Shown: positions 28,827 through 38,076 of the stretch, piece after piece
How the letters are laid out: every line of letters starts with the position of its first letter
Numbering within the stretch: position 1 is the stretch's first letter
IMG/VR virus record: IMGVR_UViG_3300025108_004223
Coordinates: 32,001 to 96,000 of that record
Length of the DNA: 64,000 bases
Direction: 5' to 3' (one strand)
Source: a virus
Translations under genes and position numbers: made by a program
The notes under the pieces: model-generated
What the model was told of the DNA's origin: nothing
The model's database searches: none
Seen by the model: only the letters and a program-made list of their open reading frames with translations

Positions 28827-28951
28827 TTGATTGTCCTGTCTACTTCATATTCATCAATATACATAATTGCAAGTCCACCTGCATTACCTACTACTATCCC
28901 TAATAACAACGCAAGGAGCATAACAGAAAAAAATTGTAATGCACCTTTCAT
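28823..28951 (-). CDS. Small single-TM protein (42 aa, not in ORF track)
   Basis: MKGALQFFSVMLLALLLGIVVGNAGGLAIMYIDEYEVDRTIK; ATGA overlaps at both ends. Confidence 0.65.
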   Translation of the reverse strand: MKGALQFFSVMLLALLLGIVVGNAGGLAIMYIDEYEVDRTIK

Positions 28952-30183
28952 TTACTTTGTCTTTCGTTTTCTTTTGCTACTACATCCATACCCTCAAGTG
29001 GCATGTCCATATAATTTCTAATCATTTGTTTTAGGCTAGTATCTTGTTTATATCGTTCTTCTATATCACGTGTATACTTTCGCATACGAGCATAAATCAT
29101 ATAATCACTTTTATTGTTTTCCATGTATGTTGCAAACCTATTCATTTCAGGATGTTCTACTTCGTGGTGTCTTAACTTTTCAATAATAGCTTGCCTGTAT
29201 TCATTTTGCCACACTGCTGGTGACAAATACTTAGGTGTTTGCAATATGTTAGCAGTAATAAACTTTAGGTCAACTGGGCTATCTTTCCAAAACTGAAAGA
29301 ACTCTGGCATTTGATATATGTTGTGTGCTTGCACTGTAATACCAGCAGCAACATCAATTCCAGGTTCGTTGTTTAGTGCCATCATGTTGGCGTAAACTGT
29401 ATCCCAATCGCCGTCTTGTCTAATGTAGTTGTATACATCTCCAATACCATCCATGCTTACTTTTATATTTACGTGTTTAAATTCGTTCCATATTTTAATC
29501 AAGTCATATTTCTTAAATTTAATATAACTTAGGTTACTTGCATAACGCAAACGTATACGCTTCTTTGCTTCTGCAGGAATACCTTCCAACAAGTCGTAAT
29601 GTTCTTTGTTGATAATAGGTTCACCACCTGTAAACTGTAGTGTATGCACATGGTCCCATAGTTCAGGCCATTCATTTAAACTTGCAAACAAATCTGTTGG
29701 TCTTAGCAGTCTAGTTTCGTATCCATCTGCTTGATATTTTTTAAGTATGTCTAAGTCAGCTACACGCTTATAAGAACTATGTGTGCTACACATAATGCAT
29801 TTTAAGTTACAGAAGTTACTTACTTTAAGTTCTACCCAATAAGGCGCATTGTTAACGCTGTAATCGTTGTTTACGCTTATCTTATCTGCAAATGTATTCC
29901 AGTTGTCATGTTCCCATTGTTGACGGTTGCTAACGATTCCACTGTCCTCATTGTGCCAGCACACTGCACAGCGTTCCGGTCTTTCGTCATTTGCTAAGGC
30001 CCTTCTTAGCTCTTTATAGTTGTCGTTATTCCAGCTCTCAATTGCTGACTCGCCTGGGTTGTTCAATGGGATCTCTTGTGCTTCGCAACATGGAACCATG
30101 TCACCACCAGCACTGCCATAGATATGCATATACGGTAACATGCAAAAACTTTTGCTATTTTTGAGATCTTCTTTGTTAATCAT
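28948..30183 (-). CDS. Radical SAM protein with N-terminal twitch domain
   Basis: FCMLPYMH..PCC..CAVC; NFCNLKCIMC; FTGGEP. Confidence 0.9.
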   Translation of the reverse strand: MINKEDLKNSKSFCMLPYMHIYGSAGGDMVPCCEAQEIPLNNPGESAIESWNNDNYKELRRALANDERPERCAVCWHNEDSGIVSNRQQWEHDNWNTFADKISVNNDYSVNNAPYWVELKVSNFCNLKCIMCSTHSSYKRVADLDILKKYQADGYETRLLRPTDLFASLNEWPELWDHVHTLQFTGGEPIINKEHYDLLEGIPAEAKKRIRLRYASNLSYIKFKKYDLIKIWNEFKHVNIKVSMDGIGDVYNYIRQDGDWDTVYANMMALNNEPGIDVAAGITVQAHNIYQMPEFFQFWKDSPVDLKFITANILQTPKYLSPAVWQNEYRQAIIEKLRHHEVEHPEMNRFATYMENNKSDYMIYARMRKYTRDIEERYKQDTSLKQMIRNYMDMPLEGMDVVAKENERQSK

Positions 30184-31400
30184 TAGTAAGGTATATACTC
30201 TATTCTATCTTTATACTCTGCTTCACACAAAGTTTTTAATCTGCGTATGCATGGCTCGTTAAAATCAAAGCCACGTATTTTCCAAATGTGTTTTAGGTTA
30301 GCCAAGTAAGCCGCACTAAAATCTTCTACACCATTTGGCTTGCACAAGTCTTCTACTAGCTTCTTCATCTTGTTAACACGGTTGGGATTGATAACAGTTT
30401 CGTTATACTGATAACGAAATGCGTCTAGTAGTTTTTCTTTAAACCAATCAGGCCAGTGTGTAACACTAAGATTGTTTGGTTCGTATACTGTTTGTAGTAT
30501 AACATTATTTACTTTCTTTACATTGCGGGCCCAAACAACAAAGTCATATAGATATAGTATATTCATAACACTAATTGTGCATGCTATATTAACTTTAACC
30601 TTGTCTGGATACTGTTGCTTGAATGCTAACCATTTGTCTAATGTATCTTCTGTCTTTTCCCATGTGCTAGGATAACGTATCATGGAATTAAGTTCACCAT
30701 GTGCATCCATACTCATGCTAAGTGTAAGTTCCTTGAATTGGAACAATGCATCGTATTCTGCTTTCTTGGGCCACCATGTGCAATTACTAAATATTTCCAT
30801 TTGTATCTGTGGAGCCAATCCTGCGTCTGCTAATCTTACAACAAACTTCATAAACTGTGGATGTAGGAATGGTTCGCCACCTGTTACTTTCATATGCTTT
30901 AGATGTTTTAACGCATCTAAGTCAATCTCATCAAAGTTTACAACTTGATTCTTTTTTAGTTTAGCTATTAAATCAATTGCCGCTTGTGAGTTTTTGTTAA
31001 ACTTCAAGTAGTCGTCATCCCACTTGTGACTCCACTCTGGTCCACATGTTTGACAGGTCAAGTTGCATAGTCTACCCACTGTAATTTCTAAATACTCTAA
31101 ACGCACCTCATCAGTAAAGTCATTAAAGAACTCGTCTGCTTCAGTTCGCATGCTACTACCTTTGGTTTCCTCGTCTGCTTTACATTTATAACAACCTTCA
31201 TGCCATTCATTACGCATCATAGTTTCACGTATATCAGTGAACATCTCACCATACACGTTAACATGTTCCTTGTCGCTTTCTTCTAAAAATCTATCATGAA
31301 ATCTACAACATGGAGTTGTTGGAACTCCATGCATAATCATGCCTGCTTTAAAAGGATACGCACATGCGTTTTTAGGTAGTTTTTTTGACATTAGAGCCAA
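30183..31400 (-). CDS. Radical SAM protein with N-terminal twitch domain
   Basis: CAYPF..PCC..CYKC; RLCNLTCQTC; VTGGEP. Confidence 0.9.
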   Translation of the reverse strand: MALMSKKLPKNACAYPFKAGMIMHGVPTTPCCRFHDRFLEESDKEHVNVYGEMFTDIRETMMRNEWHEGCYKCKADEETKGSSMRTEADEFFNDFTDEVRLEYLEITVGRLCNLTCQTCGPEWSHKWDDDYLKFNKNSQAAIDLIAKLKKNQVVNFDEIDLDALKHLKHMKVTGGEPFLHPQFMKFVVRLADAGLAPQIQMEIFSNCTWWPKKAEYDALFQFKELTLSMSMDAHGELNSMIRYPSTWEKTEDTLDKWLAFKQQYPDKVKVNIACTISVMNILYLYDFVVWARNVKKVNNVILQTVYEPNNLSVTHWPDWFKEKLLDAFRYQYNETVINPNRVNKMKKLVEDLCKPNGVEDFSAAYLANLKHIWKIRGFDFNEPCIRRLKTLCEAEYKDRIEYIPY

Positions 31401-32377
31401 GTGCCTTTTTGTTTATAGTTTTTAAGTGCATGTCTAATATTCACTCTATTATACACACCGTCTTTTTTAAATCGTTTCCACTGCTCTGCCTCTGGTGCTT
31501 GTGCAATGTGAATTGTATTAGTTGGTTGTAGTCCATAATGCTCACAGAGCAGTATATGTTCTTTCATATACTTCTTGGGCATAGTGTCAGGACTAAAGTT
31601 TTTCATAAGCTCGTTTGCAATGCATACATTTAAATGAATGCCATGTTTCCATTCTGTTTGCACTGCTAATGCACCTTCGTTAAGTTTGCTGAATACAATA
31701 CCTGCACGCCAGTTGCCACAGCTAAGACCTTTTGTAGTGCTGAACGCAACCATCTTAATACAATCTCTAGCCAAGTTAATCTCAATTCCATGACAAGTTC
31801 CAAACCACGCCATGTCTACAAATACAGGAATGTTATTAGCATCACAAAAGTCTAGTGTTTCTTCCATTTTGCTATGCTTTGCACCTGTGCCACTAAATGG
31901 TAAACTAATAAGCAATGCATCTCCTGTGCTTAATGGTGTGTCGTCTACATATCGCTGACCTATCCATTCTTCACCAAGTATAGCATCTCTGTTGTATGGG
32001 TATTCACCACGAAACATACGGAATTCATATCCATTTGCTAAACACCAATAATGCCACCAATCCATGCCTTGTGTAGTTCCTAAACTTACAAACCTATTTG
32101 GAAATGTGCGTAAGCCTTCTACTTTGTTTAGTTTACTGCTTTCAATCCAATCTGGATACAAGTCTAAGTATGCATCACATTCATCTTGCATACTAAAAAT
32201 ATCCATGTTGCCAAACACATGTTCAACTACGTGATCATAAAATGGCATATTCCAAATACTGTTGCCGTTTGTTTCAAAAATTTCTGTCAGCTTCTTTGCT
32301 TCTTCTACACTAAGATGATCAAATGGACTGTAGTGCGGTGTCATCTCCGTTCTACTTGTTACTTTTTCATTCTTCAT
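31391..32377 (-). CDS. PLP-dependent aminotransferase-fold enzyme
   Basis: VFVDMAW (PLP-binding Asp), FSTTKGL (Schiff-base Lys), R.GI. Confidence 0.7.
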   Translation of the reverse strand: MKNEKVTSRTEMTPHYSPFDHLSVEEAKKLTEIFETNGNSIWNMPFYDHVVEHVFGNMDIFSMQDECDAYLDLYPDWIESSKLNKVEGLRTFPNRFVSLGTTQGMDWWHYWCLANGYEFRMFRGEYPYNRDAILGEEWIGQRYVDDTPLSTGDALLISLPFSGTGAKHSKMEETLDFCDANNIPVFVDMAWFGTCHGIEINLARDCIKMVAFSTTKGLSCGNWRAGIVFSKLNEGALAVQTEWKHGIHLNVCIANELMKNFSPDTMPKKYMKEHILLCEHYGLQPTNTIHIAQAPEAEQWKRFKKDGVYNRVNIRHALKNYKQKGTWL

Positions 32378-33090
32378 ATTTTACTTCCTTTAATAAATGT
32401 ATTCCACTTGTCTGCTATTAGTTTATGTGATCCTACACCGTGATGACCATCATCAAATGCTTTATCAATTATCCAAGAAGGTGAATTTCCTGGAGTATCC
32501 ATTGGGGTAAAATCTATATTCATATTTTTTGTTAGTGATTCAAGTCCTACTTCTTTAGGAGTTAATTCTTTATTAACTAAACCATGATAACAATTTATAC
32601 CACGTTCTTTGCAAAGCAAATCTACAAGTATTATTTCTCGCCATCGTTGAATAGCAAAATCATATTCATCATAGTAATCAGTATAGAATACAGTATCCTT
32701 CTTATCTAATCTATCCAGCCATTGCCTTTCTGAAGGGACACAACCCAACACTATATTATCAGGATTGTAATGAAATATTCCTGTCCTTGCAAATGCTGGC
32801 CATAGTATTGTTACTGTATCTCCATTGGAAATCATATTATGCTGTAAGCATTGTGTAAAAATCCACACGACTTCTTTGCTATTTGCACCACAACATCCAT
32901 AGTTATAACATGTCAAGTTTAATTTATCTGCTAGGAGTTGTGGCCATGCTAATTTACTTCCAAAGTTATAATTCTCTCCAAATTTAGTTGGATAAATCTC
33001 GCCTTCATAACAGTCCATATACTGAATTACATCTGGTAATGCATATCCAAAAGTGTGACTACAACCAAACGCAAATAGATTAGTCTTCAT
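32374..33090 (-). CDS. SGNH/GDSL-like hydrolase/acyltransferase
   Basis: FAFGCSHTFG, AWPQLLA..L, NYG..GANS, C-terminal DGHH. Confidence 0.7.
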   Translation of the reverse strand: MKTNLFAFGCSHTFGYALPDVIQYMDCYEGEIYPTKFGENYNFGSKLAWPQLLADKLNLTCYNYGCCGANSKEVVWIFTQCLQHNMISNGDTVTILWPAFARTGIFHYNPDNIVLGCVPSERQWLDRLDKKDTVFYTDYYDEYDFAIQRWREIILVDLLCKERGINCYHGLVNKELTPKEVGLESLTKNMNIDFTPMDTPGNSPSWIIDKAFDDGHHGVGSHKLIADKWNTFIKGSKI

Positions 33091-33697
33091 ATTTTAGTTC
33101 CCCTAATTGCACTTCTTTCCAATCATAACCGTCGTAGAATAATAGTTTTGCTCTTTTTGTGTCGTCGTATTTGGACCAGTCAACACCATAAGGTTGATGA
33201 TACATAGCTAGTGTTCCTGGTAATGGGTCTATTTCTTGTTTTTCCCAAACATTATCTAAAACTACAGGTGAGCTTATTTTCACTCTCTTTGTGCTGGCGT
33301 TAACCACCACCTTTATAGCTCGCTCATCTTTATCATCTACTCCTACACAAATATGTGCTTCATGTTCGCCACTTTGTCTATATACACCTCTGTATGAAGC
33401 AGTGTGCTTTAATTGATTGTGCATCATATCCGTGCTTATACCAAACATAATACCTTGTCCTATACAGTCTTTAAATCCTTCTTCGAGTGCAGAATAATCA
33501 CAAAGTATTCCTCTAAATAAATCTTCGTTATTTTTGGAACCAATTCTATCCCATCTCATGTTTGAATGTATTGGATAGACCATGCTATGTATTTCAAATT
33601 TTGTTCTAGACCATACATTTAGATCCTTGTCTACACACAATCTATCTTTCAACGGACCTGTATGCATATTCATATCTTCATCTGGTATTATTTTCAT
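33080..33697 (-). CDS. Hypothetical protein
   Basis: Coupled ORF, no motif recognised. Confidence 0.65.
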   Translation of the reverse strand: MKIIPDEDMNMHTGPLKDRLCVDKDLNVWSRTKFEIHSMVYPIHSNMRWDRIGSKNNEDLFRGILCDYSALEEGFKDCIGQGIMFGISTDMMHNQLKHTASYRGVYRQSGEHEAHICVGVDDKDERAIKVVVNASTKRVKISSPVVLDNVWEKQEIDPLPGTLAMYHQPYGVDWSKYDDTKRAKLLFYDGYDWKEVQLGELKYED

Positions 33698-34944
33698 TTG
33701 TATTTCTCCATCTCAGGTATACTCTTAAAAGTATCTGTATCTCTAAGTCTGTCCAAATCCTTTGTATACTTTAAAAACCAATCCCAATACTTGGTAGCGT
33801 CTTCTTCGTTAACATCTCGTCTAAGACCTGCACGTATATCGTCTATGCCTGTTTGATACTCAAACATATCAACTCTGCTGTTGCTAATTGGCCACATCTC
33901 CATACTTGGTATGTGTTCCATTTTTTCCAATGCTAAGTCCTTCAGCTCTCGTGGCATATGTGCAATGTTTAGATATGCTGGTGTTACTACTACATTTGTC
34001 ATACTAATACTAGCACGTTTTCTGTGATTTGTATAGAACCAATCCCATACCTTATCTAAATTGAATATGTTTGTAGTCATTACGGTTACTGCGAATGTTA
34101 CTTCAATGTTACCTTCTGCATAAAACTTTTCTAAGTTATCGTTAAGGTCATCCCATGTATAGTTGCCTCCACGTATAACACTGTATAAATTATCTGTTGC
34201 TTCAATACTAATAAGCAACTCAATGTGTTTAAACTCTTTGAATATCTCTTTGAACCTATCTTCAAATACTGTAGCATTTGTGCTGATGTCCAGTGCAACG
34301 TTCTTAGCAATGCCGTTATCCACAAACCATTTTAACACTTCGTAACAACGCTCGTCATATAATGGCTCGCCTCCTCGTAGTGCAACCCACTGTAAGTTCT
34401 TAAAGTATTCTGGGTTAGCAAACAAGTTATCCATAAAGCCTAGTTCTTTAACACCGTTGAATCCAATTGGTTGCTTGTTCCAATACTCTGGCATTTCTTT
34501 GTTTAGTGATTTGCCATCCTTGGTCCAACCTGTTGATACAAATGGCCCACAATGTATACATGCTAGGTTACACTTGTTGCTGAGTGTAAAGTCTAAGTAT
34601 CTAATATCTGGCGCACTGTCAACGTCAAGTGTTTCGCTTTCCATACGTAAATCGTAATCTAGTTTATCCCAGAAATACATACGTCTGCTACGTCCACTTT
34701 TTTCTTTCTTTGCACAATTGGCACAACTAGGTGGAATCTGTCTGTTACGATGCATCTCACGTAGTTCACGATACTGTGGACCTTCCCATATTTCTTTTAG
34801 AGTGTAGTCATTTATATTGCCTAACTTGTCTTTGTAAATAATATCTGGAACAACATTGCCGCCCCATTTGATTGTTAGTGCATGCCACGGTGCTATGCAC
34901 GTAGGCAAGTTTTCCATATCTAAGAATTTATTTCTATACGCCAC
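33694..34944 (-). CDS. Radical SAM protein with (partly degenerate) N-terminal twitch domain
   Basis: TCIAPW, CANC; NKCNLACIHC; LRGGEP; STN. Confidence 0.9.
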   Translation of the reverse strand: MAYRNKFLDMENLPTCIAPWHALTIKWGGNVVPDIIYKDKLGNINDYTLKEIWEGPQYRELREMHRNRQIPPSCANCAKKEKSGRSRRMYFWDKLDYDLRMESETLDVDSAPDIRYLDFTLSNKCNLACIHCGPFVSTGWTKDGKSLNKEMPEYWNKQPIGFNGVKELGFMDNLFANPEYFKNLQWVALRGGEPLYDERCYEVLKWFVDNGIAKNVALDISTNATVFEDRFKEIFKEFKHIELLISIEATDNLYSVIRGGNYTWDDLNDNLEKFYAEGNIEVTFAVTVMTTNIFNLDKVWDWFYTNHRKRASISMTNVVVTPAYLNIAHMPRELKDLALEKMEHIPSMEMWPISNSRVDMFEYQTGIDDIRAGLRRDVNEEDATKYWDWFLKYTKDLDRLRDTDTFKSIPEMEKYK

Positions 34945-36007
34945 ATTTTACTCCACATATATTTTGGCAACTTTTCCAGCTACCTGTATTAAGTGCATTA
35001 CTTAGAGTTTGATCAAACCATTCATTACTTAGTATATCTCTTAAATTATATTTTTTAAGATCGTTTATTTTACGTGCTTCATGGAAACTAGCATCAACAT
35101 TATCTAAAAGAAATTTGTCTTCATTAATTGGGATGCCATATAAACTTACATGGCAACAAGGCCATACTGTAGCCCATGGATCAATCTGCACTTGCCTATC
35201 ATTATACCAAGGACAAACTGTCTCGGGTTCTGAACGCTGTTTAACCTTTAATTGATCATTTGCATTCATAAAAAACTTATAATCTCTAGAATCACTTAGT
35301 GACCATTTGCGAGAGAATTCGTCTGTTTCAGTAACGACTTGGTATGGCTCTATATTATAACAACCACTGATTTCATAAGAATCTTTACCAAGTTCAAACT
35401 TAATATGTTCACCATGGCTATGTCGCATTGTAAAGTAAACTGATTCAGTGTCCCATGCAATTTGCTCTATTTCTTTAAGTTGATGTTTGTTGTGTTCAAA
35501 TAATGTTGTTGTAACATTTGCTCTACCACCATTACTAGTAAATGCTTTTATATTTTCTATAATTTTATTAAAGTTTGTTTTTCTACGATACAATGAATGA
35601 GTATCTTCCATTCCATCAACAGCAAACACAACTAAATGATTTGTAAACTTTCTACATACAGCACCCAAGTCTCCCCAAAATTTCTTTGTTCTCATACTTC
35701 CGTTGGTATGTAAAAACAAACTAGTTTCTGGATGATACCGGGTCCATATGTGTAGCATTTCTACTAAATTAGGATGCATCATTGGATCGCCCCAATTACC
35801 ATTTAATGCTAAGTCGCCAATAAACCAACCACGTGTATCTTCTGTAGCAAGACGTTCCCATACTTCCATATCAAAATGTTCGAGTGGCAATTCTTCTTTA
35901 ACTTCGTTGCCGTCTTGATTACGTATACATGCACCACAACGGGCATTGCAATGACTTGTAATATCTACTTGTAAATTAGTTACTTCATTTGCCCACTTAT
36001 AATTCAT
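34934..36007 (-). CDS. Radical SAM protein with C-terminal twitch domain (paralog of 11039 and 19030/18677)
   Basis: HCNARCGAC, GNWGDPMMHP, HTNG, FAVDGMEDTH; CPW..WPCC..C. Confidence 0.9.
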   Translation of the reverse strand: MNYKWANEVTNLQVDITSHCNARCGACIRNQDGNEVKEELPLEHFDMEVWERLATEDTRGWFIGDLALNGNWGDPMMHPNLVEMLHIWTRYHPETSLFLHTNGSMRTKKFWGDLGAVCRKFTNHLVVFAVDGMEDTHSLYRRKTNFNKIIENIKAFTSNGGRANVTTTLFEHNKHQLKEIEQIAWDTESVYFTMRHSHGEHIKFELGKDSYEISGCYNIEPYQVVTETDEFSRKWSLSDSRDYKFFMNANDQLKVKQRSEPETVCPWYNDRQVQIDPWATVWPCCHVSLYGIPINEDKFLLDNVDASFHEARKINDLKKYNLRDILSNEWFDQTLSNALNTGSWKSCQNICGVKCGV

Positions 36008-36010
36008 ATT

Positions 36011-37099
36011 TTAAATATACTTTTTATTTGTTATATAGTCGTGGCATCCACCTTCACGAACTAAGTCACTTGTTAGACAGTGAATTCCACCATCCCAAAA
36101 GTATTGATGTCTAAAGCGCCATACAATAGGCTCAATGCCGTGTGCTTCCATTCTACGGAATGCAGCATCATTACGTCCTGTGCATATAACTGTATTTTCA
36201 TCTAGTGATAATACGTTAACATCAAATACACTTTCATCAGCATATCCTACCCAGTGTGATAACCATTTTGCTACATACTCTTTATAGAATCTACGTTTAC
36301 GTGTTTGCTGGAAGTCCTGTGGCATTTCGTGGTCATCATCAACTTCGATAATATCCCAATTTTTAAGTTCGTCAGGAACCCATTTTTTATTCCATGTCAT
36401 TAATACACCTGGGCGTAGCAATGCAATTTTACCATCTGCGTGTCCGCCAACCTTAATATCCAAGAACTTAGTGCCTGGGTAACGTTGCGAGATCTCACGT
36501 TGCATCCATTCTTTACCAAGTAGTGTGCCTTTTCCTTTTTTGTTATCTTCTTCCCATGCTTGTGAAAACAAAATTGTATCTCCACATTTAATCATATTAG
36601 CTGCATGGTATAAAACCTTTTGCTCTGCTGAGTATGTATCATACCCAATACCGCCACGCACCATAGCACCTGGCATTGAAACCCAATCGGCTCCACTCTT
36701 ATATAGCTCTACCATATGATCATAATATGCTAAGTTTTCGAAGTATCTATTATCGCCGCCTGTGAAACATTCAAACACACTGTTGCCATATGGCATTAGT
36801 GTATCACGTGGCATCAATGGGTGGTTAGGAAATCCACAACTCATCCAAGGTAATTGTATTTGTTCATCGCCGTTGATAGTAAAAATGTTACTAGGGCGTA
36901 ATACTTCAATGCCTCTATCTTCTAATAGTTTTGCAAGGACTTCAATGTCCTCTGCTGTTTCTGTAAAGATTTGACGCATAGTATCTCGTGTTTCTGGATC
37001 CTTGTGCCAATCAAAAGTTTCTGGGGGAAATGGAGCGCCAAGTATAACCTTCTTTAAAGGTTGAAACTCTGTCCATACACTAACTGCTGGTGTAGTCAT
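36011..37099 (-). CDS. Amidinotransferase (glycine/inosamine-phosphate amidinotransferase family)
   Basis: WTEFQPLKKVILG, MPRD, HADG, FDVNVLSLD, WDGGIHCLTSDLVR. Confidence 0.88.
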   Translation of the reverse strand: MTTPAVSVWTEFQPLKKVILGAPFPPETFDWHKDPETRDTMRQIFTETAEDIEVLAKLLEDRGIEVLRPSNIFTINGDEQIQLPWMSCGFPNHPLMPRDTLMPYGNSVFECFTGGDNRYFENLAYYDHMVELYKSGADWVSMPGAMVRGGIGYDTYSAEQKVLYHAANMIKCGDTILFSQAWEEDNKKGKGTLLGKEWMQREISQRYPGTKFLDIKVGGHADGKIALLRPGVLMTWNKKWVPDELKNWDIIEVDDDHEMPQDFQQTRKRRFYKEYVAKWLSHWVGYADESVFDVNVLSLDENTVICTGRNDAAFRRMEAHGIEPIVWRFRHQYFWDGGIHCLTSDLVREGGCHDYITNKKYI

Positions 37100-37121
37100 A
37101 AAAAGCCTCTCTTATTTTTTG

Positions 37122-37137
37122 TATAAATATATTTATC
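37122..37137. promoter_or_regulatory. Abutting opposite-strand late-promoter motifs
   Basis: TATAAATA (+, 37122-29) directly followed by TATTTATC (GATAAATA on -, 37130-37). Confidence 0.45.
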
Positions 37138-37184
37138 CATATTAACATAGTAGTTAATTACTAGCCTAGTTTGTATTAATACAA

Positions 37185-37213
37185 TTGACATATAGCCAAA
37201 ATTAATATATACT
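37185..37213 (+). promoter_or_regulatory. sigma70 promoter for the + strand island
   Basis: TTGACA-17-TATACT; RBS AAGGAG follows. Confidence 0.8.
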
Positions 37214-37239
37214 TGTTGTAACTAAGGAGAATTAAAACA

Positions 37240-38076
37240 ATGACACGAATCGCCCTAGACAAAGATCATGCCAATGAGATAACTGTGCATGAATTTGACG
37301 CTACTAATATAGATATTATAGCACACTCTGAAGAATTATACAAGTCTTTTGAGAGCGGATGGCCAGTAGTAATTAAGAATTTAGTTATTCCTGGCATTGA
37401 CTATGATTACTATGATAACCTTGATGATTGGATTATTAAGGATAACAAATGGATTATGCCTTGGTATAACTCACATATTAAGAAACGTGACCGTATGCGT
37501 AGTGAACGTAATTGGACCGAAGAACAAATTGATGAATTTCATAAGAAACACAAGCAAGCCAACAACGGTTGGAATGAGATATTTGATAAACTTTTCCCAC
37601 GATACAACACACCAGAACGTATGCTCAGCCATAGATATAATATGCTGGTTGAGAACAAATTGCACTTAGATGAATTGGACGAGCAACATACCGGACAGGA
37701 ACAACAGATAAGAATGTTTGTTAACTTAGATAAAAAGCGTCCTCGGGTGTTAACATTCGGACCAGACTTAGAACAAATGTGGTATAAGTATAAAGATGAA
37801 TTTAACTTAGAAGAATTAGATAAAACTAACATACATACATTTATTAGTGAGATGCGTAATCGTTGCGTATGGAATGATAAAAAATGGGATCAGTTTCATC
37901 ACCCACTTCATTATCTTACATTTGATCCAGGTGATGTTTGGTTTTTTAATGCACAATGGATTACACATCAAATTGTATTTGGTTCAAAATTACAATGCTT
38001 TGAAACAGACATTATGAATGATAGTTTATTATGTCCAGAACTATGTATGACAGAAAGGATAAAGAACTTTGAGTGA
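37240..38076 (+). CDS. Kdo-hydroxylase-like Fe(II)/2OG oxygenase
   Basis: KLHLD, IRMFVNL...PRV, FDPGDVWF....THQ, resembling the KdoO-family LHVD..ILRVF.NIN..PRVW..FPPG..W..H pattern. Confidence 0.6.
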   Translation: MTRIALDKDHANEITVHEFDATNIDIIAHSEELYKSFESGWPVVIKNLVIPGIDYDYYDNLDDWIIKDNKWIMPWYNSHIKKRDRMRSERNWTEEQIDEFHKKHKQANNGWNEIFDKLFPRYNTPERMLSHRYNMLVENKLHLDELDEQHTGQEQQIRMFVNLDKKRPRVLTFGPDLEQMWYKYKDEFNLEELDKTNIHTFISEMRNRCVWNDKKWDQFHHPLHYLTFDPGDVWFFNAQWITHQIVFGSKLQCFETDIMNDSLLCPELCMTERIKNFE

